Shown piece after piece: positions 1-10,729 of a stretch of DNA of 64,000 bases. Below the pieces are notes generated by a model that saw nothing but the letters and a program-made list of their open reading frames with translations, did no database searches and was not told the origin of the DNA. Origin of the DNA: an uncultured bacterium (lineage in GTDB: Bacteria > Chloroflexota > UBA5177 > JANWHV01). Made by a program: the position numbers and the translations under genes. The stretch lies in assembly GCA_963827235.1 (NCBI GenBank), contig CAWHAE010000009.1, positions 448,001 through 512,000 on the forward strand, read 5' to 3'. Every line of letters begins with the position of its first letter. Position 1 is the first letter of the stretch.

Positions 1-1284
1 CCGGGGCCATGCACCGCGGCTTCTACACCGCCCTGGGCGAGCGCGACCCCAGGGCCGCCGCCGGCTTGCGCACGATTGCTACCTCGCCGCCCGTACCGGC
101 AGGACCGGTCGCGGTGCGGCACGATCTGGACTGGGAGACGCGCCAGCGCCTCTTGTTGGCATTGTTGCGTCTGCATGAAGATCCGATTGCCTCGCGCCTC
201 CTGCTCCTGCCCGGCAACTGCTTTCGCCCGGCTTCCAATCGCTCGGTCACGCTCAAGACGGTGGCCGCCCTGGCAGACACCTCCTACGGCACCGTGTCCC
301 GCGTGATCAATAAGGCGGCGCACGTGGCGCCAGAGACGTATGCCCGCGTGATGAGCGTCATCCAGGATCTCGGCTACCGCCCGAACGCGACCGCCCGCAG
401 CCTAGCAGCCAACCGGTCCGGCCTGGTGGGCATGGTGGTGCCCGATGCCGCCGACCCGGCCGTGGTGCGTTATCTCGAAGGCGCGCAGCGCGTGCTGACC
501 TCGCGCGGCATGCAGGTCGCGCTTTGCTCAACAGGAGGCGACCGCAGCCTGGAGCAGAGCTACCTGGGCCTGCTGGAGACAGGAGCGTTCGGCGGCCTGT
601 TGCTGACGGCCTGGAGCATCGACACGCCCGCAGTCGGCTTGCTGGACGCAGCCGGCCACGCCATCGTCATGCTCGGCGCGGCACCGGGCAGTGCCCCCGT
701 CGCGTCCGTAGCGCCCGACGTCACGGCGGCCTGGCAACGAGCGGCAGAGTATCTGCGCGCGCTCGGCCACCGGCGTATTGGCGCCCTGGCGTCTGCTTCG
801 CCGGCAGGCACGATCGCAAGCCACGGCAGTGCCGCGCTCCCGGAGATCGAGCCTAGCCGGCTGGATCTCCCCGACGACGCGGAGGCGGCCCGGCGGGCAG
901 CGAGCACGCTTCTCGCCGCAGCCGGCCCGCGCGACCGCCGTGATCTGCGGCAGCGAGCGGATCGCCCTTGGCGTCCTCCAGGCAGCCTATGATCTGCACG
1001 TTGCCGTGCCGGCCGCGCTCAGCGTGCTGGCACTTGGCGAGTCGTGGCTGGCCCGCGCGAGCGCGCCAGCCCTGACTACGGTGGGCTGCCCGCTCGACGG
1101 GCTGGGCGAGCAGGCCGCGCTCCTGTTGCTGAGCCGCATGAGCGACGACGAGGTGCCGCCCACTGGTGTGGCGCTTCCGCCTCCGCTGCTCGTGGAGCGT
1201 GGATCGACCGCGCGGCCGGGAGAGTCGTCCCAGAGCAGCCAGAGCAGCAAGCATCCGCGCCTCGATAGCGCGGGCGTCGAGTAG
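1..1284 (+). CDS. PhnD-like phosphonate-binding domain (C-terminal part, 5' truncated by window) fused to a LacI-family regulator; frameshift near 921-931
   Basis: Frame is open from the window start. LRTIATSPPVPAGPVAVRHDLD..RQRLLLALLRLHEDP resembles the PhnD C-terminus. LacI HTH is VTLKTVAALADTSYGTVSRVIN...LGYRPNATARSL. The LacI C-terminus (TAVICGSERIALG...PALTTV) continues in the 778..1284 frame. Confidence 0.75.
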
Positions 1285-1380
1285 ACTTGACGTGAGCGGA
1301 CCTGCACGCCGGTCGCGGCGATCTGCCGCACCGCTCGGGCGATCCAACCATAGCAAGCAGGAGGCACACGGGAGCCCGGC

Positions 1381-2545
1381 ATGATCAGTGCACTCACCAA
1401 CGCGCGCGTGGTGACGGCAACCGAGGTCGTCGAGGGCGCGTCGGTGATCGTGGAAGCAGGTAGGATCGCCGGTATCCTGCGCCACGCGGAGCGCGGTCGG
1501 GCGGGAAGCCTGGACGTGGGCGGCCGCTACGTCTTGCCCGGCATGGTCGACCTCCATTGCGACACCATCGTGCCACGGAGCTCGCCGCGTCCCAACACGC
1601 GCTTGCCGGACGAGCTCGTCTTCCTGGAGATGGATTCCTATTTCGCCTGCTCGGGGGTTACCACCGGCTTTCACGCGATCAGCTTTTACGAAAGCAGATT
1701 CGGCGTGGATGCCCTGGACCGCACCGTTGCCCTGGGCAGCGAGCTCTACGGCCTGGTGGCGCGGTTGCGCGAAGCGGGCACGGTGCGTCACGAGCTCCAC
1801 CTGCGCTGCGAGGCGCCCGACCGCAACGCCGTGGAGGCCGTGATGCCGCTTCTGGCCGGCGGCAAAGCCAGGATGGTCTCCCTGATGGATCACACGCTCG
1901 GCCAGGGGCAGCATACCAGCGTGCAATGGCTCGAAGACGTCATGCGCGCGCGGGGACGAACCAAGGCAGAGATAGAGGACAGCATGGCGCGGGCGACGAC
2001 GAACGATGGGGCGGCCATGCTGGCCAACATGCGGCAGGTTGCTCGCGCCGCCCACGAGCACGGTCTGGTGCTCGCATCTCACGACGACGACACGGCGGAC
2101 AAAGTGGACTTCGTGGCGCGGCTCGGCGCGCGCATCTCCGAGTTCCCCACCACGCCGGCAGCGGCACGCCGGGCAAAGGAGCGTGATCTGGCCGTCTGCA
2201 TGGGCGCTCCCAACGTCGTGCGCGGCAAGTCGTCCGGCTCCGGGCACCTCTCGGCCACCGAGGCGGTCTCGCAGGGACTGGTAGACGTGCTCGTCTCGGA
2301 TTACGATGCCCCGAGCATGCTCCCGGCCGTGTTTTCGTTGGCCGGCGCCCACCTGCTGGCCCTCCCGGCCGCGGTGCGGCTGGTCAGTGCGGCGCCTGCC
2401 GAAGCGCTCGGGCTGCAGGACCGCGGCACGATCCGGGAAGGCGCGCTGGCCGATTCTGCTCGTAGTCGGCGACCGCCTGGGCTTGCCGCGTGTCACCCAC
2501 GCCCTGGTGGAAGGGCACGTCGTCGTCGCAACCGAGGCGGTGTGA
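1381..2545 (+). CDS. phnM: alpha-D-ribose 1-methylphosphonate 5-triphosphate diphosphatase (amidohydrolase fold); frameshift near 2454
   Basis: Motifs LPGMVDLHCD, HLRCE, SLMDHT.GQGQ, ASHDD, ISEFP, MGAPNVVRGKS, LVSDY. The C-terminus LLVV...LPRVTHALVEGH lies in the 2306..2545 frame after GALAD. Confidence 0.88.
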
Positions 2546-2752
2546 ACGGCTTCCGCCTCCCGTCCGGCTTCCGCCGACGTCTCAACGCCGAAGGCCAGGT
2601 TTCTGCGGCGATCGTCCCAGTGATCACGGCGCCTCCTGCCGCGTGAGGATCCGCGCTCAGGTCTGGATGGCAAGATGGATTCCTTGGGCCGGTCGAGCGG
2701 CCACGCAGTCACCCTGCCCTACACCGCACTAGATTCAGGAGAGACAAGGTAC

Positions 2753-4405
2753 ATGACATCCAGACGCCGCGCCGCGCTCCTGACCGCCGTGCTCCTCTTC
2801 CCCCTCGTTCGGACGCCGGGGCCAGCCGGTGCCGCGCGAGGACCAACGCAACCGGTGGCCGGGACCACCAGCATCGGCGATCCCTATTACCCGGCGCTCG
2901 GCAACGGCGGCTACGATGCCCAGCACTACACGCTCGACCTCACGGTCGACGTCCCGCACGACACCATCACGGGCACTGCAACCATGACGGCCCAGGCTCT
3001 GCAAGACCTGGATCGTTTCTCCCTGGATTTTGCCGGCTTCCACATCGCCGGGGTGACGGTCGACGGTGCGGCAGCCACGTACAGCCACCCGGCCCGCAAG
3101 CTCGTGATCAGTCCGGCACGGCCGATACCGGCAGGGAGCCGGTTCACCGTCACGGTCGGCTACAGCGGTACGCCGACCACGATCCCAACCTCCAGCGGCG
3201 ACGGCGGCTGGCATGACGACGGGCGCGAGGTCTACGTGGCCGGCGAGCCAGATGGCGCCGAGGGCTGGTTCCCGGTCAACGACCACCCGCTCGACAAGGC
3301 CGGCTACACCTTTCGTATCAGCGTGCCCAAGCCGTTCATGGTCGTCGCCAATGGGCTTCCGCTGGGAGCGACGGCACACGGCACGACCACCGCGTACCGG
3401 TGGCAGGAAAGTGCCCCGATGGCCAGCTACCTGGCGACTGTTGTGATCGGCCAGCTCGCGCCGCAACGCGCGACCGGGCCGGGCGGCTTGCCGCTGCGCA
3501 GCTACTATCCGCCGTCCCTGGCGGCTAAAGCCCGGGCGACCTTCGCACGGCTACCGGCAATGATCGCCTACTTCGAGCGCATCCTTGGCCCCTTCCCATT
3601 CGACTCGTACGGCACGGTCATGACCGCCGCTTCCGTGTCCTACGCCCTGGAAACGCAAACGCGCGCGCTCTTCAGTCCGGCGGTGCTCGCCTACGTCCCT
3701 GACCGCGCCCAGGAAGGCATCGCCCACGAGCTGGCCCATCAGTGGTTCGGCGACAGTGTGAGCCTGCGTACGTGGCGCGATATCTGGCTGAACGAAGGCT
3801 TTGCCACCTACCTGAGCTGGCTGTGGCTGGAGCACATCGGCGAGCGCGGCTATCTCAGCAGTCTCATGCGTTCCCAGTACGGCTACCTGCTTGAGGCACC
3901 CTATATCAACACACTGCTTAGCCACCCGGCGCTGGCAGGTCGAGCGGTGCTCCAGATTATGCACGCCATACTGCGCATACAGGGAGTGACGATGTCGGAC
4001 GTGCAGATCCTACAGGGCATGGGCAGGACGTCGATCGCCGCGGTGACCAGCGCCCGTGCGCTCGGCTTCTTCGGCGTCCATCCGGGCTCCGCGGACGCGC
4101 AGAGCTTCGAGGAGATGGCGCGCTCTTCGGCCCCTGCCGTGCCGCCGCGCGACGATCTCTTCCCAACAAGCGTCTATAACCGCGGTGCCATGGCGCTGCA
4201 GGCCTTGCGGCTGCAGGTCGGCGATGCCATCTTCTTCCGCATCCTGCGCACGTACGCTGCGCGCTACCGCCATGCCAACGCCGATACCGCTGCTTTCATC
4301 GCCGTGGCCACCGCGGTGAGCGGCCAGAACCTGGCCGCATTCTTCCGCACCTGGCTCGACACACCAGCCGCGCCCCCGATGCCGGCGCTGCGTCCAACGC
4401 AGTGA
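2753..4405 (+). CDS. Secreted M1 family zinc aminopeptidase
   Basis: Signal peptide, GDPYYPALGNGGYD, WFPVNDHPLDKA, YALETQT, HELAHQWFGD..WLNEGFATY (HEXXH..E), VYNRGA. RBS AGGAGAG upstream. Confidence 0.9.
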   Translation: MTSRRRAALLTAVLLFPLVRTPGPAGAARGPTQPVAGTTSIGDPYYPALGNGGYDAQHYTLDLTVDVPHDTITGTATMTAQALQDLDRFSLDFAGFHIAGVTVDGAAATYSHPARKLVISPARPIPAGSRFTVTVGYSGTPTTIPTSSGDGGWHDDGREVYVAGEPDGAEGWFPVNDHPLDKAGYTFRISVPKPFMVVANGLPLGATAHGTTTAYRWQESAPMASYLATVVIGQLAPQRATGPGGLPLRSYYPPSLAAKARATFARLPAMIAYFERILGPFPFDSYGTVMTAASVSYALETQTRALFSPAVLAYVPDRAQEGIAHELAHQWFGDSVSLRTWRDIWLNEGFATYLSWLWLEHIGERGYLSSLMRSQYGYLLEAPYINTLLSHPALAGRAVLQIMHAILRIQGVTMSDVQILQGMGRTSIAAVTSARALGFFGVHPGSADAQSFEEMARSSAPAVPPRDDLFPTSVYNRGAMALQALRLQVGDAIFFRILRTYAARYRHANADTAAFIAVATAVSGQNLAAFFRTWLDTPAAPPMPALRPTQ

Positions 4406-4457
4406 GCGCGCCGCTGCGCTGGTCGATGGGCGGCGGAGAACGGCAGGCACGAGATCG

Positions 4458-5273
4458 CTAGGCTTTCAGACCAACGTAGAGTAAGTGGTCGGCAAGGCCC
4501 AGGATGCTCGGGTCACCTGCCACCTGTATCAGCATCTGCATGGTGGCGTGGTGCGCATCCGGATCGCTCTCTGCCAGAGCGGCCAGCGCCTCTTGCAGGT
4601 CGGGCACGATACTCTGCGTTGCCCACAACGCCTGCGCGGCGAAGCCGTATTGCGCGAAGAACGAGGCGACCTCGGAGGGATGCACGCCGTATCCGCCGGT
4701 GAAGCGGCCCGGAATGTCGTTTTCGAACACTCCCTCGTCCAGCACACGGGCTATCCAGGAAGGAGAAGCCAGATGGCGCCGTTCATCGGGGATGGCCAGC
4801 GTGCGGCGCAGAAAGGCGTAGCGCGGCATCAGGGCAACGAAGACGAGCCCGCCCGGACGGACGACACGCGCCAGCTCGCGGGCGGCACGGTCGCGCCCGG
4901 CAGGGTCGGGCAGGTGATAGAAGGGGCCGAGTGCCAGGGCAGCGTCGAAAGCGGCGTCCGGCCAACGCGAGAGGTCGCGGGCGTCGGCCACTGAGATGTC
5001 GTCGACCAGCGCGCCCGCCGGGGAAGCCGCGATCTTGCCCCGTGCGATGGCGGTCAGGGTGGGCGACAGGTCGGCCAGGGTCACGTGATGGCCGCGCTCG
5101 GCCAGCCAGATGGTGTAGCGGCCCGGCCCGCCGCCGATATCCAGCACTCGGGCACCGGCCGGAAGATAGGCGGCGATTGCCTCTTGGGTGATGGCAAACT
5201 CCAGGGCGCCGTCACCCGGCCGTGCCAGCCGCTCCCACTCACGTTCCGCAAAGCCGTCGTAGTAGTCGCGCAC
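4458..5273 (-). CDS. Class I SAM-dependent methyltransferase
   Basis: VLDIGGGPGRY motif I; LGPFYHL. Confidence 0.88.
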   Translation of the reverse strand: MRDYYDGFAEREWERLARPGDGALEFAITQEAIAAYLPAGARVLDIGGGPGRYTIWLAERGHHVTLADLSPTLTAIARGKIAASPAGALVDDISVADARDLSRWPDAAFDAALALGPFYHLPDPAGRDRAARELARVVRPGGLVFVALMPRYAFLRRTLAIPDERRHLASPSWIARVLDEGVFENDIPGRFTGGYGVHPSEVASFFAQYGFAAQALWATQSIVPDLQEALAALAESDPDAHHATMQMLIQVAGDPSILGLADHLLYVGLKA

Positions 5274-5475
5274 GGCATCGATCAGCGAGATGCTCCCCGT
5301 CTTTTCTCTTGTAGATCTTCATCGCCCTCAGGTCAAACTGTAAACAGGATCTGTCTGTGGGTTTGGCTGTTCAAGTCCAGTCGAGTTGCTGACCGGCGTC
5401 CGGCAGATCGCGCAGCTGCTGCAGCACGTCGTCCCGGACCTGGCGTGGCGCGCTGAGCAGGCGTGGCTGGGCTGG

Positions 5476-6126
5476 TCAGATGGTCGGCTGCAGCGGATCG
5501 GGATCGAGTGTGATGCCGTCGTACAGGTCGTCGACGGCAAGGCGCAGAGCGATGGTGTCCAGACTGAGCGTTGTGCTGGATGGAAACACAAGATATGTCC
5601 AGCTCCCGTCGTCATGCTTGCGGTAGAGCGTGGCTTGGGGACGGCGGTTGTCCAGGATCAGGTAGTCGCGCAAACTCGGCAACCGCTTGTAGGACTCGAA
5701 CTTGTCCTGGCGATCGAACTCGGCTGTGCTTTGGCTGCGCACTTCGCAGATCACGGTGGCGTCGTCAAAACGTCGTTGGTTCGGCGTTGGCTCGCCGCAG
5801 ACGACGTAAGCGTCGGGGTAGTAAGTATTTGCCGCGGCGGTGAGCTGCATGTCGGATGGGTAGACGCGGCAGGGCCCTCGGTTGCCGAGGTGGAGGCGAA
5901 GTGCGATGAGCAGACTCACAATCAGCTGGGCGTGCGTCGCCGTACCGCCCGCCATAGCCCAGTGGCTGTCCGGTGGGTAGAAGCGCGGATACATGAGGCC
6001 GTTGTGGTACTCGTAGCGGCCGGGAAGCTGATCGGCCAGACGTTGGTACTCGTCGGCGCTGATAGCCCGAGGTGCCTCGTAGTCGTCGGGCACGGGCGGA
6101 TAGGTGACGTGCCGCTGGGTAGCCAT
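5476..6126 (-). CDS. Uma2 (DUF820) family PD-(D/E)XK nuclease-like protein
   Basis: RYEYHNG, AMAGGT..H, YYPDAYVVC, EVRSQSTAEFDRQDKFESY..LPSLRDY. Confidence 0.88.
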   Translation of the reverse strand: MATQRHVTYPPVPDDYEAPRAISADEYQRLADQLPGRYEYHNGLMYPRFYPPDSHWAMAGGTATHAQLIVSLLIALRLHLGNRGPCRVYPSDMQLTAAANTYYPDAYVVCGEPTPNQRRFDDATVICEVRSQSTAEFDRQDKFESYKRLPSLRDYLILDNRRPQATLYRKHDDGSWTYLVFPSSTTLSLDTIALRLAVDDLYDGITLDPDPLQPTI

Positions 6127-6289
6127 AAGCGCCCTTTCGGGTCTTAGTATAGCAGCGGTCAATGACCGGCACCTGCAGGCGCTGGCTTGCCCATCGTGGT
6201 GCTAGGCGACGCGAGCTTCACGGCTGGTTGACGGCAGCCGCCCGAGAGAGGGCACGGCGGCCCCACGGACGCTACCATGACGGTAAGAC

Positions 6290-7189
6290 ATGGAAACACG
6301 GGAGGGAAATATCGTGGTGATGACCGGCGGCGCCCACTGCCGCGAGGAGTACGTCACCAGCGCACGCGGAGAGCGTGTCTTCACGCGGTGGTGGATCCCG
6401 GCTCTCGACCAGCCGCGGGCCGTGGCCGTCATCGTGCACGGGCTCGGCGAGCACAGCGGGTGTTATCTGCCGGTGACCGGGTTTCTGCTCGGGCGCGGCA
6501 TGGCGGTGTACGCGCACGACCACCGCGGCTTCGGCCAGAGCGACGGCCGGCGCGGCCATATCGCGCGCTACGAGCACTACGTGGAGGATCTGCGGCGCCT
6601 GGTCGAGCGAGCGCATGGGGAGCATCCAGGATTGCCGCTGGTACTGCTCGGCCACTCCATGGGTGGTACGATCGCCCTCCTCTTCTCGCAGCGCTACCCC
6701 GAGCAGATCACCTGTGCCGTCTACTCCGCGCCAGCCTTGATCCTGCGCCACCATATTCCCCTGTTCCAGCGCACGCTCGCTCGCGGCATGTCTCGCCTCT
6801 GGCCGACCTTCACGAGCACGGATGCCATCGACCCTACGGTGCTCACCCACGATCCCGCCATACAGCAGGAGGTGCGCGTCGATCCGTGGCGGCACTCCCG
6901 CGTCTCGGCACGGCTCTACACGGAACTCTTCGTGCGGGGCCCGCGCGACGTTCTGGCCGGTCTTGACCGGCTGCGCGCGCCCTTCCTGATCATCCACGGT
7001 ACGGCGGATCCGCTGGTCTCGCCGGACGGATCGCAGCGAGTGTACGACGGTGCCTCGGTAGAGGGCAGCGCCATCCGGCTCTATCCTGCTCTGCTGCACG
7101 AATCCCTTCGTGAAGTCGAGCGCGAGCAGGTCTTCGCCGATATCGCCGGCTGGCTGGAAGCCCGGGGCGTGCTCGGTACTCAAGGCTGA
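6290..7189 (+). CDS. Alpha/beta hydrolase, lysophospholipase/monoacylglycerol lipase family
   Basis: VHGLGEHSG, DHRGFGQS, GHSMGG nucleophile elbow, HGTADPLV, LHE. Confidence 0.9.
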   Translation: METREGNIVVMTGGAHCREEYVTSARGERVFTRWWIPALDQPRAVAVIVHGLGEHSGCYLPVTGFLLGRGMAVYAHDHRGFGQSDGRRGHIARYEHYVEDLRRLVERAHGEHPGLPLVLLGHSMGGTIALLFSQRYPEQITCAVYSAPALILRHHIPLFQRTLARGMSRLWPTFTSTDAIDPTVLTHDPAIQQEVRVDPWRHSRVSARLYTELFVRGPRDVLAGLDRLRAPFLIIHGTADPLVSPDGSQRVYDGASVEGSAIRLYPALLHESLREVEREQVFADIAGWLEARGVLGTQG

Positions 7190-7195
7190 TCTCTG

Positions 7196-7852
7196 TCAGC
7201 CCTCCGCGGGACGGAGATCGGGCAGATCCCGGACGACCTCTGCGATCGATCTGTTCTCCACGCTCCAACGGTGCAGGCTACCCGAGCGGAGCAGCGCCTC
7301 GCCCAGGGCAACGCCCCGTGGCACGCTCTGCCGCCAGGAGTCCAGGACCCAGGACTGCGGAGCGTACTGGCCGGTGCGCAGGCTGAACTCGACGTGGAGC
7401 GCCACGATGAGCGCCTCCAGGTCCGGGTCCGCGGGGCCAGCGACGCGGGGACGGTGCCGCCGCATGAATGCGGTAGCATCCAGCAGGGCGATGCTGCCGG
7501 CAGCGGAATCGCGCGCCGCGAATCGGACCTCGCCAATACGCCACATGCGAATCGCGCCGGTACACAGAGCACACGGCTCGGTCGTCGAGTAGAGGATGCG
7601 ATCCTGAGGATCGGCGGTATCTCCGGCCAGAGCGATGAGTGCGTTCATCTCGGCGTGGGCCAGGCGGTGCCCGCAGAGCAGGCGTCCCGGCGCCGCGTCT
7701 TCGAAGATGCGATTGCGGCCGCGCGCGACGATCAGGCCCTGCCGGTCCGTGATCACGGCGCCGATGGGGATCGAGCCTATGCGGTATGCCGCCCATGCCT
7801 CCTCCAGGCAACCCTGCCATGGTCCGGCCAATGCCTCCCACAGTGCCGTCAC
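7196..7852 (-). CDS. Zinc-dependent nucleoside deaminase (TadA/CDA-like)
   Basis: PIGAVI, HAEMNAL, EPCALC. Confidence 0.87.
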   Translation of the reverse strand: MTALWEALAGPWQGCLEEAWAAYRIGSIPIGAVITDRQGLIVARGRNRIFEDAAPGRLLCGHRLAHAEMNALIALAGDTADPQDRILYSTTEPCALCTGAIRMWRIGEVRFAARDSAAGSIALLDATAFMRRHRPRVAGPADPDLEALIVALHVEFSLRTGQYAPQSWVLDSWRQSVPRGVALGEALLRSGSLHRWSVENRSIAEVVRDLPDLRPAEG

Positions 7853-8130
7853 CCTCCACGTTCCTTTCTCGGACGTCGCCGTATTGCACCGGCCGGCGTA
7901 CCGATGCTACCGTGAAGCATACTGCAGGCCAAACCGGCGCCACCGCGAGATCCGGATAGCGCTACGCCCGGCTCGCGTGGCTATCAGCCTCCGGCCGCGG
8001 CCGGGTGCGCTGTCAAAGTCCGTCGCTGCCTCTCGCAGGCCGGGTGGCGCGTGCGCAATGCGCGGCTACCACGGCCGAGGGGTAGGCACGGGCAACCGGC
8101 GTGCGCCGGGTGCAGGGAGGACCGACGCCC

Positions 8131-8200
8131 GTGATCGACGACCAAGCGTACCTGCTCGGCGAGCAGTACGGCAGCACCACCAACCTGTTCGCACGCGCCG
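8131..8200 (+). pseudogene. N-terminal remnant of a probable SAM methyltransferase
   Basis: GGAGGA RBS then GTG IDDQAYLLGEQYGSTTNLFAR, which resembles methyltransferase N-termini (DQxYLxxxQYxxxxNLxAR). No motif I follows. Confidence 0.35.
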
Positions 8201-8410
8201 GCTTGCGCGGCGCCCCTGGTGGCCTACATGCTCTCGCTCGTGCCGGGCGAGACGCTCACCGCGTGCCGACGGGCTGCCCTGGAGCAGCTGGTCGCGCAGG
8301 AGCTCGCGGCGCAGGGTACTCTGCATATCGGCAAGGACTCGGGCTTGCTCGAGGCATCATAACCGTCTCATCATTTCCGCACGCAATTCGATAGGTGAGG
8401 TGAGCGCAGG

Positions 8411-8869
8411 ATGCGGCGACGTCCTTCATCCCGGCTCCTGGTGATCGATCCCGACGGGCGGGTCTTGCTCTTTCACTTCGTCTTCACGAGCGGAGCTCGG
8501 GCGGGCGATGCGTGCTGGGCCACGCCCGGCGGCGCCGTGGAGCCGGGCGAGACGTTCGCCGAGGCCGCGTGCCGCGAGCTCCATGAGGAGACCGGCATCG
8601 TGATTCATGATGCCGGCGAGCACGTTGCCGAACGCGAATTCGTCCTGCAGTTGCCCGATGGAGAACGCGTCATGGCCGAGGAACGCTTCTACGTGGTGCG
8701 GAGCGCCGGATGCGCGCTTTCCACTCAGGGCTGGACCGCCTGGGAGCGCCAGGTGATGGCCGATCATCACTGGTGGTCGATCGACGAATTGCGGGCGGCA
8801 GACGAGGTCGTCTTTCCAGAAGACCTCGTCTCGATACTGGCTCGCGTTAGCGCCGGCGCGCGGCAGTGA
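8411..8869 (+). CDS. NUDIX hydrolase
   Basis: Nudix box GGAVEPGETFAEAACRELHEETG. Confidence 0.9.
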   Translation: MRRRPSSRLLVIDPDGRVLLFHFVFTSGARAGDACWATPGGAVEPGETFAEAACRELHEETGIVIHDAGEHVAEREFVLQLPDGERVMAEERFYVVRSAGCALSTQGWTAWERQVMADHHWWSIDELRAADEVVFPEDLVSILARVSAGARQ

Positions 8870-8958
8870 GACAGGCATCACGCCGGAATATCGCGCTTCC
8901 CTCGAGTAGCCGGCTGCCAGCGGTAGAGATCAGGGTCTCGATGTGAGAAGCGGATCCA

Positions 8959-10284
8959 TCAACCGGTTTCCGCCCTCACCCCGCGCTCGATCCTCAGGGC
9001 GTAGCGCCCTTTGATTTCCAGTGACGCGGCCACGCCATCCGCACCCAAGCTGAAGCGCACGTGCATGAACGGATCGCTCCTGAGCAGGAACTCGGTGGGC
9101 GTCACTGGCAGCAGCGCCGTGCAGTAGCCGCCCGATCCGAGCACGAGTCTGCCGTCTTCTTTCCCGATCGTGCAGTCGTGACCGCGCATGTGGTACACGC
9201 CGGCCATCGCATCAAGCGCCGCGTCCTCGAGCAGAATCGTCGCCGGTTCCCGCACAGAAAGGCCGCACGCCAGCCCGGCCACACTGAGCGTGACAAACGG
9301 CAGTGAGGGCTCCGGTGCCATGCGGTTCGTCAGAATGGCCACGTAGAGACGCTCGTCGGGTACCCGAACCGCGTACGTCAGGAAGCCGTGGATGCCGCCA
9401 GGGTGCTCGATGGTGCGGCGTCCTGCATAATCCGCGAGTAACCAGCCAAAGCCATATCCGGTGGCAGTGCCGTCGCGAAGCGTCGCCGATGTCCATGCAC
9501 GCCGCAGCGTCTCCTGTCGAAGCAGTTGCTCGGTTGAAAGGGCAGCGTCCCACTTGGCCAGGTCGTCCACCGACGACATGATGGCACCCGCCGCGTGCGG
9601 ATGCGTCAAGCTGAGGTACCGGGCATTCTGGAAACCCGCGGCTCCCAGCTCGTAACCCGCGACCCGGCCGGGCACAATCCGCTCAGTATGGTCGTAGGCC
9701 GACCGTGTCATGCACAGCGGATCGAAGATTCGTCGCCGCAGAACGTCCTCGTATGCTTCGCCCGCGGCCCGCTCGATAATGGCCCCAAGCAGGACGTAGC
9801 CTGAATTGCTGTAGGCCCAGCCCGTTCCCGGCGCAAAGTCCAGCGGCTCATTCTTGAACACGTCGATCAGCTCGCCGAGCCGAACGTCCATGCGTTCAAG
9901 TCTCTGCCATTCCGGCATGTCGAGGTGGTCCTTGACGCCGGACGTATGCGTCAACAGGTGCTCGACAGCGATCTGGTAGCCATGGGTTGGATAATCCGGC
10001 AAGTACCGCCTGATGTCGTCGTCAAGCCGGAGCTTGCCCTCCTCCACAAGCATGAGGATGAGCACCGCAGTGAACTGCTTGGTAATCGAGCCGAGACGAA
10101 AGACCATGTCCGGCTCAATAGCCACGCCCAATTCGACGTTAGCCATGCCATACCCGGCACGCAGAACTGTCGCGCCGTCCTTGACGACGATCACCGCGGC
10201 ACCCGGTTCGTTGGGCGGATACGCCTGCCGGAGCAGGGCGTCGATTTCCTGCACTCGGGTACTTGACTCCGTAGGCTGATTCAA
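8959..10284 (-). CDS. Serine hydrolase, beta-lactamase class C/AmpC-like family, with C-terminal extension
   Basis: FRLGSITKQF (SxxK), LLTHTSG, YSNSGY, HPGGIHGF. No signal peptide seen. Confidence 0.88.
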   Translation of the reverse strand: MNQPTESSTRVQEIDALLRQAYPPNEPGAAVIVVKDGATVLRAGYGMANVELGVAIEPDMVFRLGSITKQFTAVLILMLVEEGKLRLDDDIRRYLPDYPTHGYQIAVEHLLTHTSGVKDHLDMPEWQRLERMDVRLGELIDVFKNEPLDFAPGTGWAYSNSGYVLLGAIIERAAGEAYEDVLRRRIFDPLCMTRSAYDHTERIVPGRVAGYELGAAGFQNARYLSLTHPHAAGAIMSSVDDLAKWDAALSTEQLLRQETLRRAWTSATLRDGTATGYGFGWLLADYAGRRTIEHPGGIHGFLTYAVRVPDERLYVAILTNRMAPEPSLPFVTLSVAGLACGLSVREPATILLEDAALDAMAGVYHMRGHDCTIGKEDGRLVLGSGGYCTALLPVTPTEFLLRSDPFMHVRFSLGADGVAASLEIKGRYALRIERGVRAETG

Positions 10285-10729
10285 GGAGAGCCTTGCCTTC
10301 CAATGCTGTCAGCACTCGGCGCCGGGCACACCAAGGGAGATGGACGTACCGGGCGCGCGGCGCGATCAGTCTGGTTCCCGCGACCGCGAAAGCCCCCGGT
10401 GCCACCCGGCCCGACTACCGGTGCCATTGTACTTCCGCAGCCTGAGCCGTACCGTATCAGCAGACAGCTCACCATGACCGATAGCGCGACCGGGCCGCGC
10501 TGGATATTTATGTCAAGTACAATACGACGAGCCGCAGCGTGCACGTCCTGGGGCACCGCAAGCAGTTCGTCTCGTGCCGGTCGCGGCCGGAGATGCTGCG
10601 GTGACCGCGCGCTTTGGGAGCGCGTCTCGCCACCGAGCGCTGGCGCCGTCTGCAGCCAACCGGGAGGCCGACGGCGGGTTCGCAGTATCCTGCTTACGGG
10701 CGCGGTGCTCGCCGTTCAGGAGGTAGCTA

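Noticed and set aside
853-2712. 619 aa minus-strand ORF, and similar long antisense ORFs (17349..19124, 23551..25470, 27143..28483, 52836..54251, 59507..60751)
   Set aside because: Shadow ORFs opposite well-supported genes in high-GC DNA; Arg/Gly/His-rich with no motifs.
5476-6126. Uma2 genes as a restriction or defence system
   Set aside because: Uma2 paralogues are commonly dispersed and abundant; no DNA methyltransferase or defence partner is adjacent.
8959-10284. Call as a true beta-lactamase resistance gene
   Set aside because: No signal peptide; the family contains many esterases and peptidases, so function cannot be assigned from motifs.
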